DNA from: a virus
Taxonomy: Duplodnaviria > Heunggongvirae > Uroviricota > Caudoviricetes
IMG/VR virus record: IMGVR_UViG_2875703104_000006
Reading direction: 5' to 3' (one strand)
DNA length: 37,461 nucleotides
Both the position numbers and the translations under genes were made by a program. Below the pieces are notes generated by a model. That model saw nothing but the letters and a program-made list of their open reading frames with translations, ran no database searches and was not told the origin of the DNA. This document shows, piece after piece, positions 1 to 10,727 of this stretch (positions are counted from its first letter, which is position 1; every line of letters starts with the position of its first letter).

Positions 1-12
1 TATTTCCTCCTT

Positions 13-291
13 TCAGCTCCATTCCCGAAGCGGTGTTTCCAGCTCCACGACATAATCAGAGAATACAGAAACATCAAACAAGTCATCAAGAATGCGAATG
101 TTGACAAAATAACCNTCATTCCGGANACAGACAGGTTCTCCCTCTTCTGTTACCCCTGTTTCTGTGTAGGTGAAACCAATTTCATCNACTAACAGTTTAT
201 TCTGGAGGTCTTCATCNTCCNCCCAGNCAAGAGATGACAGGAAGGCCTTAAACTGCAGTTTGTCATGAAACTTCAAAGTTAAATCTTTCAT
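13..291 (-). CDS. Small protein translationally coupled to stf (ATGA overlap); possible tail fiber assembly/chaperone protein
   Basis: 92-aa ORF whose ATG (289-291) overlaps the stf stop (288-290); position matches tfa downstream of stf. No recognisable similarity to lambda Tfa; several N-derived X residues. Confidence 0.35.
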   Translation of the reverse strand: MKDLTLKFHDKLQFKAFLSSLXWXXDEDLQNKLLXDEIGFTYTETGVTEEGEPVCXRNXGYFVNIRILDDLFDVSVFSDYVVELETPLREWS

Positions 292-2498
292 ACGACCTCT
301 TTTAATTGCCTGTCATTTAATTCTTTATGCCATATGCGGAAATTGCGAATATGGCCAAACAGATGTCGTTCTCCAGTATTCGTCTGCCCTCCAAATCGGA
401 TATTTTTATCAGCGGTCACNCCATTATATTCACAATAAACTTCATTAACCGCTTTACCATTTGTCACCACATGAAAGTGACCATCAGCTTTTGCAATACA
501 TCCAAATGTGGTTTTCTCTGCAAATACATCTGTCGCTGCGCTATTAACATACNAGCCTGAAGGGTTTGACAGACTCATATATAACTTACCACTACCTCTG
601 TTGATTGCTGCAATTGCTGATTGCCCGGTATTGGCTGCTGCTATATCCCACACGCGGGGTGCGGCGTTTGGTGCAATATCCCAGTTTTTATGAATCTCAA
701 GTAAAAAAGTAAATGGTAACTTATAAAGATTATTTCTGGTGGGGATACTAACCAAATCACTGGCTCTTGTCGTTGCGCTGCCTCCTGAAATAATAAATGA
801 TGATACACACGGCCCATTCTCTACTTGTGGGGTGGCAAGATAAATATAGTCACCAGATACTGTTGCCCCACCCNGCTCAGGAGAATACTGTATCTGAGAG
901 CCTATTTTTAACTCACCATCAATTGCCTGAATCGTTGCCTCTGCAAAAATCCAGCCNGTGGTCTTATCCTTCCTGACTCGTGCCGTAATTCTGCCGGCAG
1001 CNCCACCTGTCATATTAATTTCAAGCGTTTGCGTATCAATGTACGCATCGCCAAGAAAAGTTGTTGCACTACCATCATACTTATCAAACCGTATACGTAA
1101 CCTTACCTGTCGTTCTGTTTTAAAACGGCATGAGGTTGTCACGTACTTGTTATCGCCTGAGACATCAACTGACTTTGTTGCAGCAATTGATGCCATATTA
1201 ATAGCCGAAGTTTGCCCAACCAGAGAATCGTTGCAGACAAACTTTCCATAAGTAAAACCAAAACTATCNGTCCCGGTTTCGGGCACATCCATGTTTGATG
1301 ACTTCCCCCAGCTGGCTGGACTTTCCGAATTGAGCATGTAGTTCGTTCTTTGTCCCTCAATAAGCAGGCCATCACACTCAAATCGCGGCTCATTAATTTC
1401 CGCCGTTTTCAGTTCGCCAGATTTGTTGATATATGTTGCCGTTGATGCGCGACTGAAATTAACCTGTTTATCACTGGCGACCTGAACCACATCGTCACCA
1501 ATAGCTATTTTTTTATAGCCCGGAGAAAAACCCGCAATCATATCCAGTGAATCGTTAAACGGTATCCACACATCAGGCAGCGGCGGCACTATATTCGCAT
1601 AGGGCTCTGCAGTCACTTCCGCTGCGNCTTCTGCGCGGTCTGCCGCCTTTTCAGCNCGTGTCGCTGCCGACAGAGCCTCATCCTTTTTCTGCCCGGCCTT
1701 TGTTGCGTCTGCTGCNGCCTCCCGCGCTTTTGTGGTGGCGACTCCGGCATTTTCAGCGGCTGACTCTGCATTACGGCGGGAAGCCTCTTCACTGTCTGCG
1801 GAGGCTTCTTCTGACGCACGGGCATTTGTCTCTGAACGTTCTGCCGCTGTTGCTGCGTTTTGTGCGGCTGTTTTTGAAGAAGCTGCCGCTTTCGCGCTGT
1901 TACCTGCATTCGTCTCTGATGNNNNNNNNNNNNNNNNNNNNNTGTCTGCGGAGGCTTCTTCTGACGCACGGGCATTTGTCTCTGAACGTTCTGCCGCTGT
2001 TGCTGCGTTTTGTGCGGCTGTTTTTGAAGAAGCTGCCGCTTTCGCGCTGTTACCTGCATTCGTCTCTGATGTTTTCGCCGCGTTCCTGGACGATGCCGCT
2101 GCTGTTTCTGATTTCTTTGCTGCCGCTGCGCTCTGAGAGGCGGCTTCAGCGTTGCGTGCCACATCCTCCACCATTACCTCAAAACGACGCAATGCCTCCG
2201 GCATGACATCATCTTCCGTCATGGCACCGAGAAAATCATTCAGCGTACCTGGTCTGGAACCTTCATAGACGGTAATGGTCCCGGCATGTGAAGGCGGAAA
2301 ACCTTCAACCAGCAGGGTGACGCTGTACTGGCCATACTCAACATCCATGCTGTAACGCCCGGCTTCATCCGGATTTTCAGAGGCCACCGTGTTCACCAGT
2401 ACCGTGGTGCTGTTACGCTTTGCTTTGAGCTGAATAGTACAGTTCTGTATTGGTTTTCCTGCACCGTCTTTCAGCACGCCTGAAATCTGTACTGCCAT
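288..2498 (-). CDS. stf: Side tail fiber protein (Stf-like); contains a duplication/gap artifact
   Basis: N-terminus MAVQISGVLKDGAGKPIQNCTIQLKA... matches the lambda Stf N-terminus; long Ala/Ser/Thr-rich repeat region; ATG at 2496-2498 preferred over the track's GTG at 2504. Internal 129-bp exact duplicate flanking N-run 1922-1942. Confidence 0.85.
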   Translation of the reverse strand: MAVQISGVLKDGAGKPIQNCTIQLKAKRNSTTVLVNTVASENPDEAGRYSMDVEYGQYSVTLLVEGFPPSHAGTITVYEGSRPGTLNDFLGAMTEDDVMPEALRRFEVMVEDVARNAEAASQSAAAAKKSETAAASSRNAAKTSETNAGNSAKAAASSKTAAQNAATAAERSETNARASEEASADXXXXXXXXSETNAGNSAKAAASSKTAAQNAATAAERSETNARASEEASADSEEASRRNAESAAENAGVATTKAREXAADATKAGQKKDEALSAATXAEKAADRAEXAAEVTAEPYANIVPPLPDVWIPFNDSLDMIAGFSPGYKKIAIGDDVVQVASDKQVNFSRASTATYINKSGELKTAEINEPRFECDGLLIEGQRTNYMLNSESPASWGKSSNMDVPETGXDSFGFTYGKFVCNDSLVGQTSAINMASIAATKSVDVSGDNKYVTTSCRFKTERQVRLRIRFDKYDGSATTFLGDAYIDTQTLEINMTGXAAGRITARVRKDKTXGWIFAEATIQAIDGELKIGSQIQYSPEXGGATVSGDYIYLATPQVENGPCVSSFIISGGSATTRASDLVSIPTRNNLYKLPFTFLLEIHKNWDIAPNAAPRVWDIAAANTGQSAIAAINRGSGKLYMSLSNPSGXYVNSAATDVFAEKTTFGCIAKADGHFHVVTNGKAVNEVYCEYNXVTADKNIRFGGQTNTGERHLFGHIRNFRIWHKELNDRQLKEVV

Positions 2499-2519
2499 AT
2501 TCACTCCACAAATAAAAAA

Positions 2520-2537
2520 GGCGCCATTTCTGGCGCC
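2520..2537 (-). terminator. Hairpin GGCGCCA-tttc-TGGCGCC followed by a T-run on the minus strand, just downstream of J
   Basis: 7-bp perfect stem, 4-nt loop, A-run on plus strand (T-run on minus). Confidence 0.5.
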
Positions 2538-2556
2538 CGTATTTGGGTTATAAAAT

Positions 2557-5500
2557 TCAACTGATACTGATACCGGCTGTTGATTTCTTCATCACGACAA
2601 CAAGAAGGTCGCTGATACTGGTCGTTGGCGTCCAGTTATTTGCACCATATGAAGAAACATTGAAAGTCAGGGTGACATGGCCGTGTCCCGCTGGCATATC
2701 AATGACGGATGAAAATACCCTGCTGACATCCGTCGCGGGTTGCTGAAAGATTTCCTGTCCGTTCTTCAGTACCTGCAGCTTACAGGTTGAATACCAGTAT
2801 GACTGTTGGTTGTTGCTGTTGAAGTTTTCATGCTTACCACCGCGAAACAGAACGGGTGGGATTACTATCTGACGGTCAAAAGCCTGGTCATCGTACACAG
2901 TGACCGTTATTGTACCGCTGGCATAACTGCCATTTCTCGGAAAGGCTTTTCCCACCGTTTTGACAATATCACCTTCAATCTGGTTGGCAGACAGTTTTCC
3001 CAGAATCCGACAGTTCTGGTTAATCGTGACATTATTGAGCGTCCCTGAGTTCGCATTCACGTTACCGCTGATATCGGCATTTTTCGCCGTCAACCGCCCG
3101 TCCGGTGTCAGGGAAAATACCGGCGGATTGCCGCCGCTGGTAATGGTGGGAGCCGTCAGATACTTCAGGAACACTTCGTTCATGAATATCTGGTTGCCCT
3201 GCGCCACAAACATCGGCGTTTCATTCCCGTTTGCCGGGTCAATAAACGCGATACGGTTAGCGGCAACCAGGAACTGGCTCAGTTTGCCTTCCTCCGTATC
3301 CTCCATGCTGAGGCCAATACCCGCGACATAATGCCTGCCGTCTTCGGTCTGCTCAATTTTGACGCCCCACATGGCATTCCATTTATCGTTGGCGTCTTTC
3401 CACTCTTTCGAAAACTCCTCCAGTTTGCTGGCGTTATCCTCCGTCAGCTCGACTTTTTCCAGCAGCTCCTTGCCGAGATGGGATTCAGTTATCTGGCCTT
3501 TGAAAAAATCCAGATAGCCGGAAGCATCATCGCTCGCCTGACCGACAGCCTCCACGAATGCCGATTTGCCAACAGTATTCACACTGCGGATATAAAAATA
3601 ATAATCATGGCCCGGCTTAATATTGATACTGGCAGCTATCCAGTACAGCGCCGTGCCAAGATAGCGGGCTGTGGTTTCAACCTGCCTGATATCGGTAATC
3701 CGCTTTTCCGAGAACCAGAATTCAAACTGTACCGTCGGGTCATAAACGGCAAGATGCGGCGTGGCGGTTATCTGAAAATAGCCCGGCGTCAGATCAATCC
3801 TCGACGGTGCTGCCGGTGCGGCAATCCGGAACGATACCGACGCCGGATCGCCCTGCTGCCCCCACGCATTTACCGCCCGGACTGTCAGCGTGTACCGCCC
3901 CAGCGCCAGTTGCGTGAAGCGGTATGTGGTTTCCGTCGTCCGGGCCGTGCTGACCAGCCGCTCACTGCCGTCATCCGCTGCCACGGTCAGGCGAAGCATA
4001 AAGCTCACCCCCTTCACCACCTTCGGCGTGTCCCAGCGCGCCAGCACCTGATANNNNNNNNNNNNNNNNNNNNNTGTGGTTTCCGTCGTCCGGGCCGTGC
4101 TGACCAGCCGCTCACTGCCGTCATCCGCTGCCACGGTCAGGCGAAGCATAAAGCTCACCCCCTTCACCACCTTCGGCGTGTCCCAGCGCGCCAGCACCTG
4201 ATATTCCCCGCTGTCTGCGGTGACTTCGGCAGTCAGGTGCTGCACCGCTGGCGGCGTGACACCATTCACCGTGCCGCTCTGGTCGCCGTCAAAGTGCGCC
4301 CCGTTATCCACGATGGCCTCTTTTTCCGGTACATGCTGCACGGCAGTGATGGCATACGTGCCGTCATCGTTCTCACNNNNNNNNNNNNNNNNNNNNNCTG
4401 GCGGCGTGACACCATTCACCGTGCCGCTCTGGTCGCCGTCAAAGTGCGCCCCGTTATCCACGATGGCCTCTTTTTCCGGTACATGCTGCACGGCAGTGAT
4501 GGCATACGTGCCGTCATCGTTCTCACGGATACTCACGCAGCGGAACAGGCGCTGGCGCAACGTCGGCAACTTCAGCCCCCACACGCTGTATCCGGCAACG
4601 CCGTCAGGAACCCGGCTCACTTTTACCTTCACGCCGTCGGTGACGGACTGGACCTCCACGCTGACCGGATTGCCGCTTCCGTCAACCAGGCTTATCAGCG
4701 TGGTACCGGAGGATGGCAGAGTGATTTCACGGTCGAGCGTCAGCGTCCGGGTCTGGCTGTTCACCGCCAGCACGCGCCCGCCGATGCTGATACCCGCATA
4801 GTCATCATCGCAGATTTCAATAACATCGCCCGGCACATGGCGAAGCCCTTCTGCGCCCACGCTGAAATCCACGGTCTGCGTTTCCAGCAGTTCCGTTTTA
4901 ATCAGCCACAGCCCGGCTCGGTGTGCCTGCCCCCGACTGGTACAGCCAAAGGCATCCATCTTCGTGACGTTACGACCGTAACGGGCAATGGCCTGCGTGT
5001 CCTCCACAAGCTCTGTCGCCGTCTCCCAGCCGTTATCCGGGTCAATCCAGTTCACCTCAACGGCATTATGGCGGTCCTTCAGGGCGCTGAAACTGTAGCG
5101 GAACGGCGCGCCATCATCCGGCATCACCACATTACTGCGGTTATAGGTCCACACCTTATCCGACGGCCGGTCCTGCACGAACGTCAGCGTCTGCCCGTTC
5201 CATACCGGCATACAGCGCATCGCCGAGCAGAAATCACTGAGAACATCCCACGCCTTACGCTGTGTGGTCAGCCAGGCATTACAGGTGATGCGCGGCTCCG
5301 TGCCACCAAAACCATCCGGCACCGACTGGTCGCAATTCTGGCCGATGACATACAGCGCCCATTTGTCCACATCCGCCGCACCAAGACGTTTCCCCATGCC
5401 GTAGCGCGGATGGGTCAGCATATCCCACAGACACCAGGCCATGTTGTTGCTGTATGCCGGTTTTAACGTTCCGTCCCAGATACCGCTGTATTGTCGCGTC

Positions 5501-6245
5501 TGCGGGTTATAGTTCGACGGCACCTGCAGAATGCGCCCGCGCAGATGATAATTACGACTCACCTGCTGACTGCCGAACTGCTCCGAGTCCACCTGCACAC
5601 CGACCAGTGCCGTGTTCGGGTAGCACTGTTTCATATCGATGATTTCGGTGTATGACGACCAGAGCGTTTTGTTCTGCAGCTGGTCTGTGGTGCTGTCCGG
5701 TGTCATCCTGCGCATCCGGATATTGAACGGGCGCGGAGGCAGGTTATCCACCACCACCGAGGCCAGATACTGCGAGGTGGTTTTGCCCTTAATGGTGATG
5801 TCTTTTTCCGTCACCCAGCCACCGTTACGCTGTATCTGAACCAGCAGGCGAACTTCCGACGGATTCCGGTCACCCTTTGAAGTGGTTTCCACCAGTGCCT
5901 GCACACCGAAGGTAAAACGCAGACGGTCGATGTTTGCCGACGTGATGGTGCGGGTGATCGGCGTGTCGTATTTCACTTCCGTACCCAGCACCGTCTCGGA
6001 GCCGGAGGATTCAAACCCCTCCGGCGGAGTCTGCTCCTGCTCACCTGCCCGGAACACCACCGTGACACCGGAGATATTGGTATTCCCCTCAGTGTCCAGC
6101 ACCGGCGTACTGTTCAGTAGCACGCTTTTTAACCCATCCACCGGACCTTCAATCGGCCCTTCGCTGATGGCATCGATCACACTCAGTAACTGCGTGGATT
6201 TCAGGTTGTCCTTCGCTTCGCGCGGGGTATGCCCCTTACTGCTGC
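2557..6245 (-). CDS. J: Host specificity / central tail fiber protein J (lambda gpJ-like), lacking its own start codon and read in frame from the upstream fragment
   Basis: Translation [42 protein letters not shown]... matches lambda J from about residue 4 through a long stretch; the reading frame carries two internal duplication artifacts around N-runs 4054-4074 and 4377-4397. Confidence 0.9.
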
Positions 6246-6447
6246 CTTTATACGTTTTACCGAGCATGATGTCTTTTCCTGTATGCCCGTGACATACAGT
6301 CCATACACCAACAATATCTTTGTATGGTATGTAGCTGACACCTTCCAGGCCATCGTCACCACTCGGACCAGTGATGAGCACAGACGCTATGGCAACAGCC
6401 CCACCACCAATAGCAGCAGCAATAGCCTTGCGTAATGATGGCGACAT
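6246..6447 (-). pseudogene. N-terminal 67 codons of a phage-21-type SAR endolysin (signal-anchor-release domain) fused in frame to J
   Basis: [67 protein letters not shown] resembles the R21 SAR endolysin N-terminus as recalled; frame continues directly into J at about 6245; start overlaps the pinholin stop (ATGA at 6447). Confidence 0.7.
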
Positions 6448-6662
6448 TATTCACCTCTCGCAGCCTTACGCTTATCTTCTTTAATCTTGAAATAAAGGTT
6501 TGTCAGATACGTCAGCAAGCCAAATACCAGACTACCCAGCACACCTATTGCCGCCCACTGTGAGGGCGTGACTTTATCGAGCAACTGTAAAAACCAGTAC
6601 CCGGCACTACCTGCTGAGGTGCCATAGGCGACACCCGTTGTTAACTTATCCATGGATTTCAT
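6447..6662 (-). CDS. S: Class II holin (phage 21 S-type pinholin) with dual-start motif MKSM
   Basis: 71-aa product [71 protein letters not shown]; two TM segments; Met1/Met4 dual start typical of the S21 holin/antiholin pair. Confidence 0.85.
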
Positions 6663-7401
6663 AACCCCACCCCGCAGACAAAGCGGGTGTAAATTAAGGG
6701 GATACTACGTATCGCAATAAAGGCAGAAACGTAACAGATTCGGAGTCAGTGAATAACTCAGGTATTGGGTTATCAGCTAATATCGAGACTCAAAAAATGG
6801 AAAAACCCGCTCGACGGCGGGTTTAAGCTGTGTGACGAAGTAACCACTCTTAACAGCATAACCAATTTTTTACGTACGTAAACTACTAAATGATATTTGT
6901 GAGAATGCCACCGAGTGTTCAAAACACNNNNNNNNNNNNNNNNNNNNNGGAAAAACCCGCTCGACGGCGGGTTTAAGCTGTGTGACGAAGTAACCACTCT
7001 TAACAGCATAACCAATTTTTTACGTACGTAAACTACTAAATGATATTTGTGAGAATGCCACCGAGTGTTCAAAACACCACCACAAATACATAAGAAAACT
7101 TCAACAAATAACCAATGAATAATTTCCGATGTTATTTTTAGTTTGTTTAAATTAAGTTAAAGAATTATAGGGCGCTTATAAATAAGTGCCATTAATATAA
7201 ATTAGCTAATAGATTTATTTTCGTTCAAACAAGAGCCATGAATAGGATTAGATAGAAAAGGTTCAGATAAAAATAGAGATCTACTTCACAAATTAAATGA
7301 GAAACTAAAACTTACATCTTGAAATAATCGCATTGATTAGATGAATATTTATCGCGCAGTGACATCATTTTTTAATAATAGTTCAAAAAAAAGGGCGTAC
7401 A

Positions 7402-7690
7402 ATGAAAAAATTAACAGTGGCAATTTCTGCTGTAGCTGCATCAGTACTGATGGCGATGTCTGCTCAGGCAGCTGAAATTTATAATAAAGACAGTAACAAG
7501 CTGGATCTATACGGGAAAGTTAATGCCAAGCACTACTTCTCCTCTAATGATGCAGATGATGGTGATACTACTTATGCCCGTCTTGGCTTCAAAGGTGAAA
7601 CCCAAATCAACGATCAACTGACTGGTTTCGGTCAGTGGGAATATGAATTCAAAGGCAACCGTGCTGAATCTCAAGGTTCTTCCAAAGANA
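7402..7690 (+). pseudogene. nmpC: 5' fragment (about 96 codons) of an NmpC/OmpC-family porin gene; truncated
   Basis: [95 protein letters not shown] matches the NmpC signal peptide and first beta strands; similarity ends near 7690 (N at 7688) and a stop follows at 7716. AT-rich promoter region upstream (7080-7400). Confidence 0.8.
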
Positions 7691-7997
7691 AGATAAATTG
7701 TCTCTTCACTCCCTGACAGGGGCGATTCTTTTCAAATCGCCATTTCGCCATGGCCTTCACCACTTCATCACGAAACAAATTATGAGGCTCTGAGCGGAGA
7801 AAAACGATCCGTGTCACAGTCCCATCAGCACCAATATCGAACTTAACCTCAACCAGCCCCTTGATATAATTTGCTGCAGCATATTCCGGATATCGTGGAT
7901 ACACCGTCACTAATTGCCGGGGCTCATCAGCTTTTTGCTGCGAGCATCCCACTGCCAGGACAGATAACAGAAAAAGTAGTAAAAGGCGTCTTTTCAT
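7671..7997 (-). CDS. Lipoprotein with TonB C-terminal-like domain
   Basis: Start [21 protein letters not shown] (lipobox LAVGC) with SD AGGA; body [56 protein letters not shown] resembles the TonB_C fold motif. 3' end overlaps the nmpC remnant antisense, so the C-terminus may be non-native. Confidence 0.5.
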   Translation of the reverse strand: MKRRLLLLFLLSVLAVGCSQQKADEPRQLVTVYPRYPEYAAANYIKGLVEVKFDIGADGTVTRIVFLRSEPHNLFRDEVVKAMAKWRFEKNRPCQGVKRQFIXSLEEP

Positions 7998-8307
7998 TTT
8001 TATTCCTACGGGTCTTATTCTGACAATATATCCTGTGTTCCAGACTGCCACATCACCACATCCTGTGCCATTATCTGACTCACATTACATACATCGCATC
8101 GGGATACAGTAGTAGCACTTTCTGTAATACAGCTTCCTGTTTCTTCCACCATCGCACCGGGATAAACCCGCGAATCATTAACGCGGTAAAAACCCGGTGT
8201 GCATCGTTTTTAATTATCCCCGCACACTCGCGCAGAGGAGTCTCCCTGTCGGGCTGCGGTCTCTGTTAATGAGGGAATATAGCGACGATACGGCGCATCA
8301 ACAAAAC

Positions 8308-8781
8308 TTATTTCAGGCACTGAGTGCGGATATAGTCCTGTGCCCCTTCCAGTTGCTTGTGCATCGTCATCAGCCGCTCTCTGAGGGTGAAATAATCCCG
8401 TGTAACGGTGTCTGCCAGTTGGGGGCCGGTTGCATTATCCACGCCGGAGGTGGTGGGGGCTTCACGCACGGAGCCTGGACAGGTGGCGTTGATCCGCAGG
8501 CGCTTACGACCAGCGGCAACGTCAGCGCGAAGAGTTTCATTTTCAGCTCTCGCATCGGCTAATTCCCTCGAGTATTTTGCATCGAGCGCAGCAACATCGC
8601 GCTGGCGCACCTGCATATCAGTAATGGTTGCGTTCGCCAGCTTCAGTTCACTGGCTTTGTTATCGCGCTGCGCTTTGTAGGTAATCGCGTTATCACGGTA
8701 ATGGTCTGTTGCCATCCACAGCGCACCACAGGCCACCAGCAGAATAACGATAAACGCGGAAAGCATTCGGTTTATGTTCAC
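8308..8781 (-). CDS. Rz: Spanin inner-membrane subunit Rz (i-spanin)
   Basis: N-terminal TM segment then [15 protein letters not shown]...[15 protein letters not shown]...[25 protein letters not shown], closely resembling lambda Rz. Confidence 0.85.
   Translation of the reverse strand: MNINRMLSAFIVILLVACGALWMATDHYRDNAITYKAQRDNKASELKLANATITDMQVRQRDVAALDAKYSRELADARAENETLRADVAAGRKRLRINATCPGSVREAPTTSGVDNATGPQLADTVTRDYFTLRERLMTMHKQLEGAQDYIRTQCLK
8370..8555 (-). CDS. Rz1: Spanin outer-membrane lipoprotein Rz1 (o-spanin), embedded in the +1 frame of Rz
   Basis: [56 protein letters not shown]: lipobox, proline-rich, close to lambda Rz1; start within the listed ORF is uncertain. Confidence 0.8.
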   Translation of the reverse strand: MRELKMKLFALTLPLVVSACGSTPPVQAPCVKPPPPPAWIMQPAPNWQTPLHGIISPSESG

Positions 8782-8909
8782 CCCAGCAACCCCGACGAAG
8801 ACAACATCATCCAGGCCATGGAAAGAAAAAGAGCAACCAGCATTAGTGAAAATGAAATGCCGACAATTACACAGAGGATCTTCGCCAGCGTTATGAGTTT
8901 GTCTGACAT
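8778..8909 (-). CDS. Small hydrophobic ORF between endolysin and Rz (43 aa)
   Basis: [43 protein letters not shown]; one TM segment; stop overlaps the Rz start (ATGA). Could be noncoding. Confidence 0.3.
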   Translation of the reverse strand: MSDKLITLAKILCVIVGISFSLMLVALFLSMAWMMLSSSGLLG

Positions 8910-9262
8910 GCTTAATCCTCCCTTCACGATTTCAACGCAATGACCAGTTTTGCCAGCCCATACAGCATCGGGGACACAGCAACACCGACCGCCACCCACT
9001 TAATGGCAAAAGCCAGTGCTCTGCTGATGTCATCAGTTACAGGCGCTTTCAGTTCAAGGCCATTTTTCATAGTCAACCTCAACAGAATTCGTTTACACTT
9101 CGCCATGTTCTCCCTTGCCTTACTCAAGGTCAGAAACACAAAACCTCGCTTGGTGCCAACAAACGGGGTTTTTACTTTTATTCACTTACGTTTCGCCAGT
9201 TCGCAGGATTTCGTGTTATCCGCCCGCGTGGCCATTCCTCATTTTTCAGCAAAATATTCTGC

Positions 9263-9796
9263 TTATCTGTCGATACCCCAGCACGCCAGCGCGCTCTCCT
9301 GGTCACGACGGGATACCTGACCGTAACAGTTGTTTGAACGAATACGGCAGTCTCTGCCACCGTCCTTAATCCACCAGCGAATCGCTTCGCAGGCACCTTT
9401 TCGATCACCAGCATTAATTCGTCTGTAAAACGTCGACGGGAAACACTTACCGGGACCAATGTTGTACGGACAGAATGACGCGATCCCCGCTTTCTGGGGT
9501 TCGGTCAGCGGCACTCTGATGTTTTTCTCCACCCACGCCAGCGCTTTATCACGCTCAATGGCGTTAACCTGGTCGCATTTTTCCTTCGACAACTTCATGC
9601 CCGGAACGACAGGTTTGCCATCCACCATGATGGCACCACGGCAGATGGTCCAGATACCTGCACCATCACGGTATGCCGTGGTGTGGTTGCCTTCCTTTTC
9701 ATCCAGAAACTGGTCGAGAATGTCAGGCGCAGGCGCACCAGCGGCAATCAGCGCCAGAACGGCAGCCGACAGGCCGTATTTGATTTTGGTGTTCAT
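9263..9796 (-). CDS. R: Phage lysozyme (GH24-like endolysin) with Gly/Ala-rich N-terminal signal-anchor (SAR-type)
   Basis: 177 aa; N-terminus KYGLSAAVLALIAAGAPAP is a weakly hydrophobic SAR-like segment; body resembles lambdoid prophage lysozymes. Confidence 0.85.
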   Translation of the reverse strand: MNTKIKYGLSAAVLALIAAGAPAPDILDQFLDEKEGNHTTAYRDGAGIWTICRGAIMVDGKPVVPGMKLSKEKCDQVNAIERDKALAWVEKNIRVPLTEPQKAGIASFCPYNIGPGKCFPSTFYRRINAGDRKGACEAIRWWIKDGGRDCRIRSNNCYGQVSRRDQESALACWGIDR

Positions 9797-9832
9797 GGAT
9801 ATATTAAATATTCAGCCGCTGTCCCTGGCCCA

Positions 9833-10726
9833 CTAAATACGCACTTTAAGATAAGTCAGCCCCGGATGAAGCCAGTAAGCCGGCACTTTTTTAAAGGGTG
9901 GAGTATTAAAATCACGAAGAAGAGCCTCCCGCACAATTGCATCCTTATCAGCACCACTGGCCAGCGCTTCAATCTCAGCGGCTACCTGAAGATATCCCAT
10001 GCAACGGCCAACGCGCTTCATCAGCCCCTGCTTTTTATTGTTCTTCAGGTAATCAATGGCAAATTCAATGAGCTCCTCACTGTGCTGGTGCGATGGAGGT
10101 GTTACTTTCCCATTTTCTGAGATGGTTATTTTCCCAGCATCACCGGATACAACAAAGGATGGCCGGTTACACTCCCATTCCGGGTCACTGAAATTATCAT
10201 TATGAATACTGAAACACTCTGCGAGATTTCTGCTCATCACTTTCCGACAATAATCGTCAAACGCAGCAAACTGCTTTTCATCGCCAGAAGGCACCAATAT
10301 CGACCATTTCTTATTCAGCTCAACGACGTAGCTCTCCAGTTTTTCAATACGTGATTCAACATCATCTTTTTCTGACCGCAGTGTTGACGGCGGCATCTTC
10401 AGAGAACAAGTAATTCTTCCCGGTAGCTTTCCTTTGTAGGTTATCAACACATCCTGCGCCTCTAAAATTACGGGGCGCTTTTCCGGCAACGGTTCGTTCC
10501 ATTCACATAACCCGGCAGCAACATCCATGAAAAACTGCTTCGCCTGCTTTTTCGCCTCAGCTTCGTAAAACTCCAGCGTGGCACCTTCAGTACGGTCAAG
10601 ACTAATCGCCACATCTGGCAACAACAGCGACGCTTGCCCGTCACCTTCCGACTTCACAGTAACAGTAACCTTATCCCCGTAATTATTTATCCCCTTAACA
10701 ACCAGTTCATATTTTTTATTCATCAC
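9833..10726 (-). CDS. Hypothetical 297-aa protein inserted between holin and endolysin
   Basis: Clean ORF, start 2 nt after the holin stop, ends 37 nt before the endolysin start; no recognisable motif. Confidence 0.6.
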   Translation of the reverse strand: MMNKKYELVVKGINNYGDKVTVTVKSEGDGQASLLLPDVAISLDRTEGATLEFYEAEAKKQAKQFFMDVAAGLCEWNEPLPEKRPVILEAQDVLITYKGKLPGRITCSLKMPPSTLRSEKDDVESRIEKLESYVVELNKKWSILVPSGDEKQFAAFDDYCRKVMSRNLAECFSIHNDNFSDPEWECNRPSFVVSGDAGKITISENGKVTPPSHQHSEELIEFAIDYLKNNKKQGLMKRVGRCMGYLQVAAEIEALASGADKDAIVREALLRDFNTPPFKKVPAYWLHPGLTYLKVRI

Positions 10727-10727
10727 T

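Noticed and set aside
1613-2206. Overlapping ORFs on both strands inside stf
   Set aside because: Frame shadows of the Ala/Ser/Thr-rich repeat region of Stf, inflated by the 129-bp duplication.
3331-5466. 711-aa plus-strand ORF, with nested 4220-4801 ORF
   Set aside because: Antisense shadow of the J gene; Arg/His/Pro-rich composition with no start context; J on the minus strand has strong homology.
6773-7072. 99-aa minus-strand ORF
   Set aside because: Spans a 129-bp duplicate plus N-run, and its translation is itself duplicated; most likely created by the artifact in a noncoding terminator region.
7690-7760. IS-element insertion as the cause of the nmpC truncation
   Set aside because: No terminal inverted repeats or transposase ORF recognisable at or near the junction.
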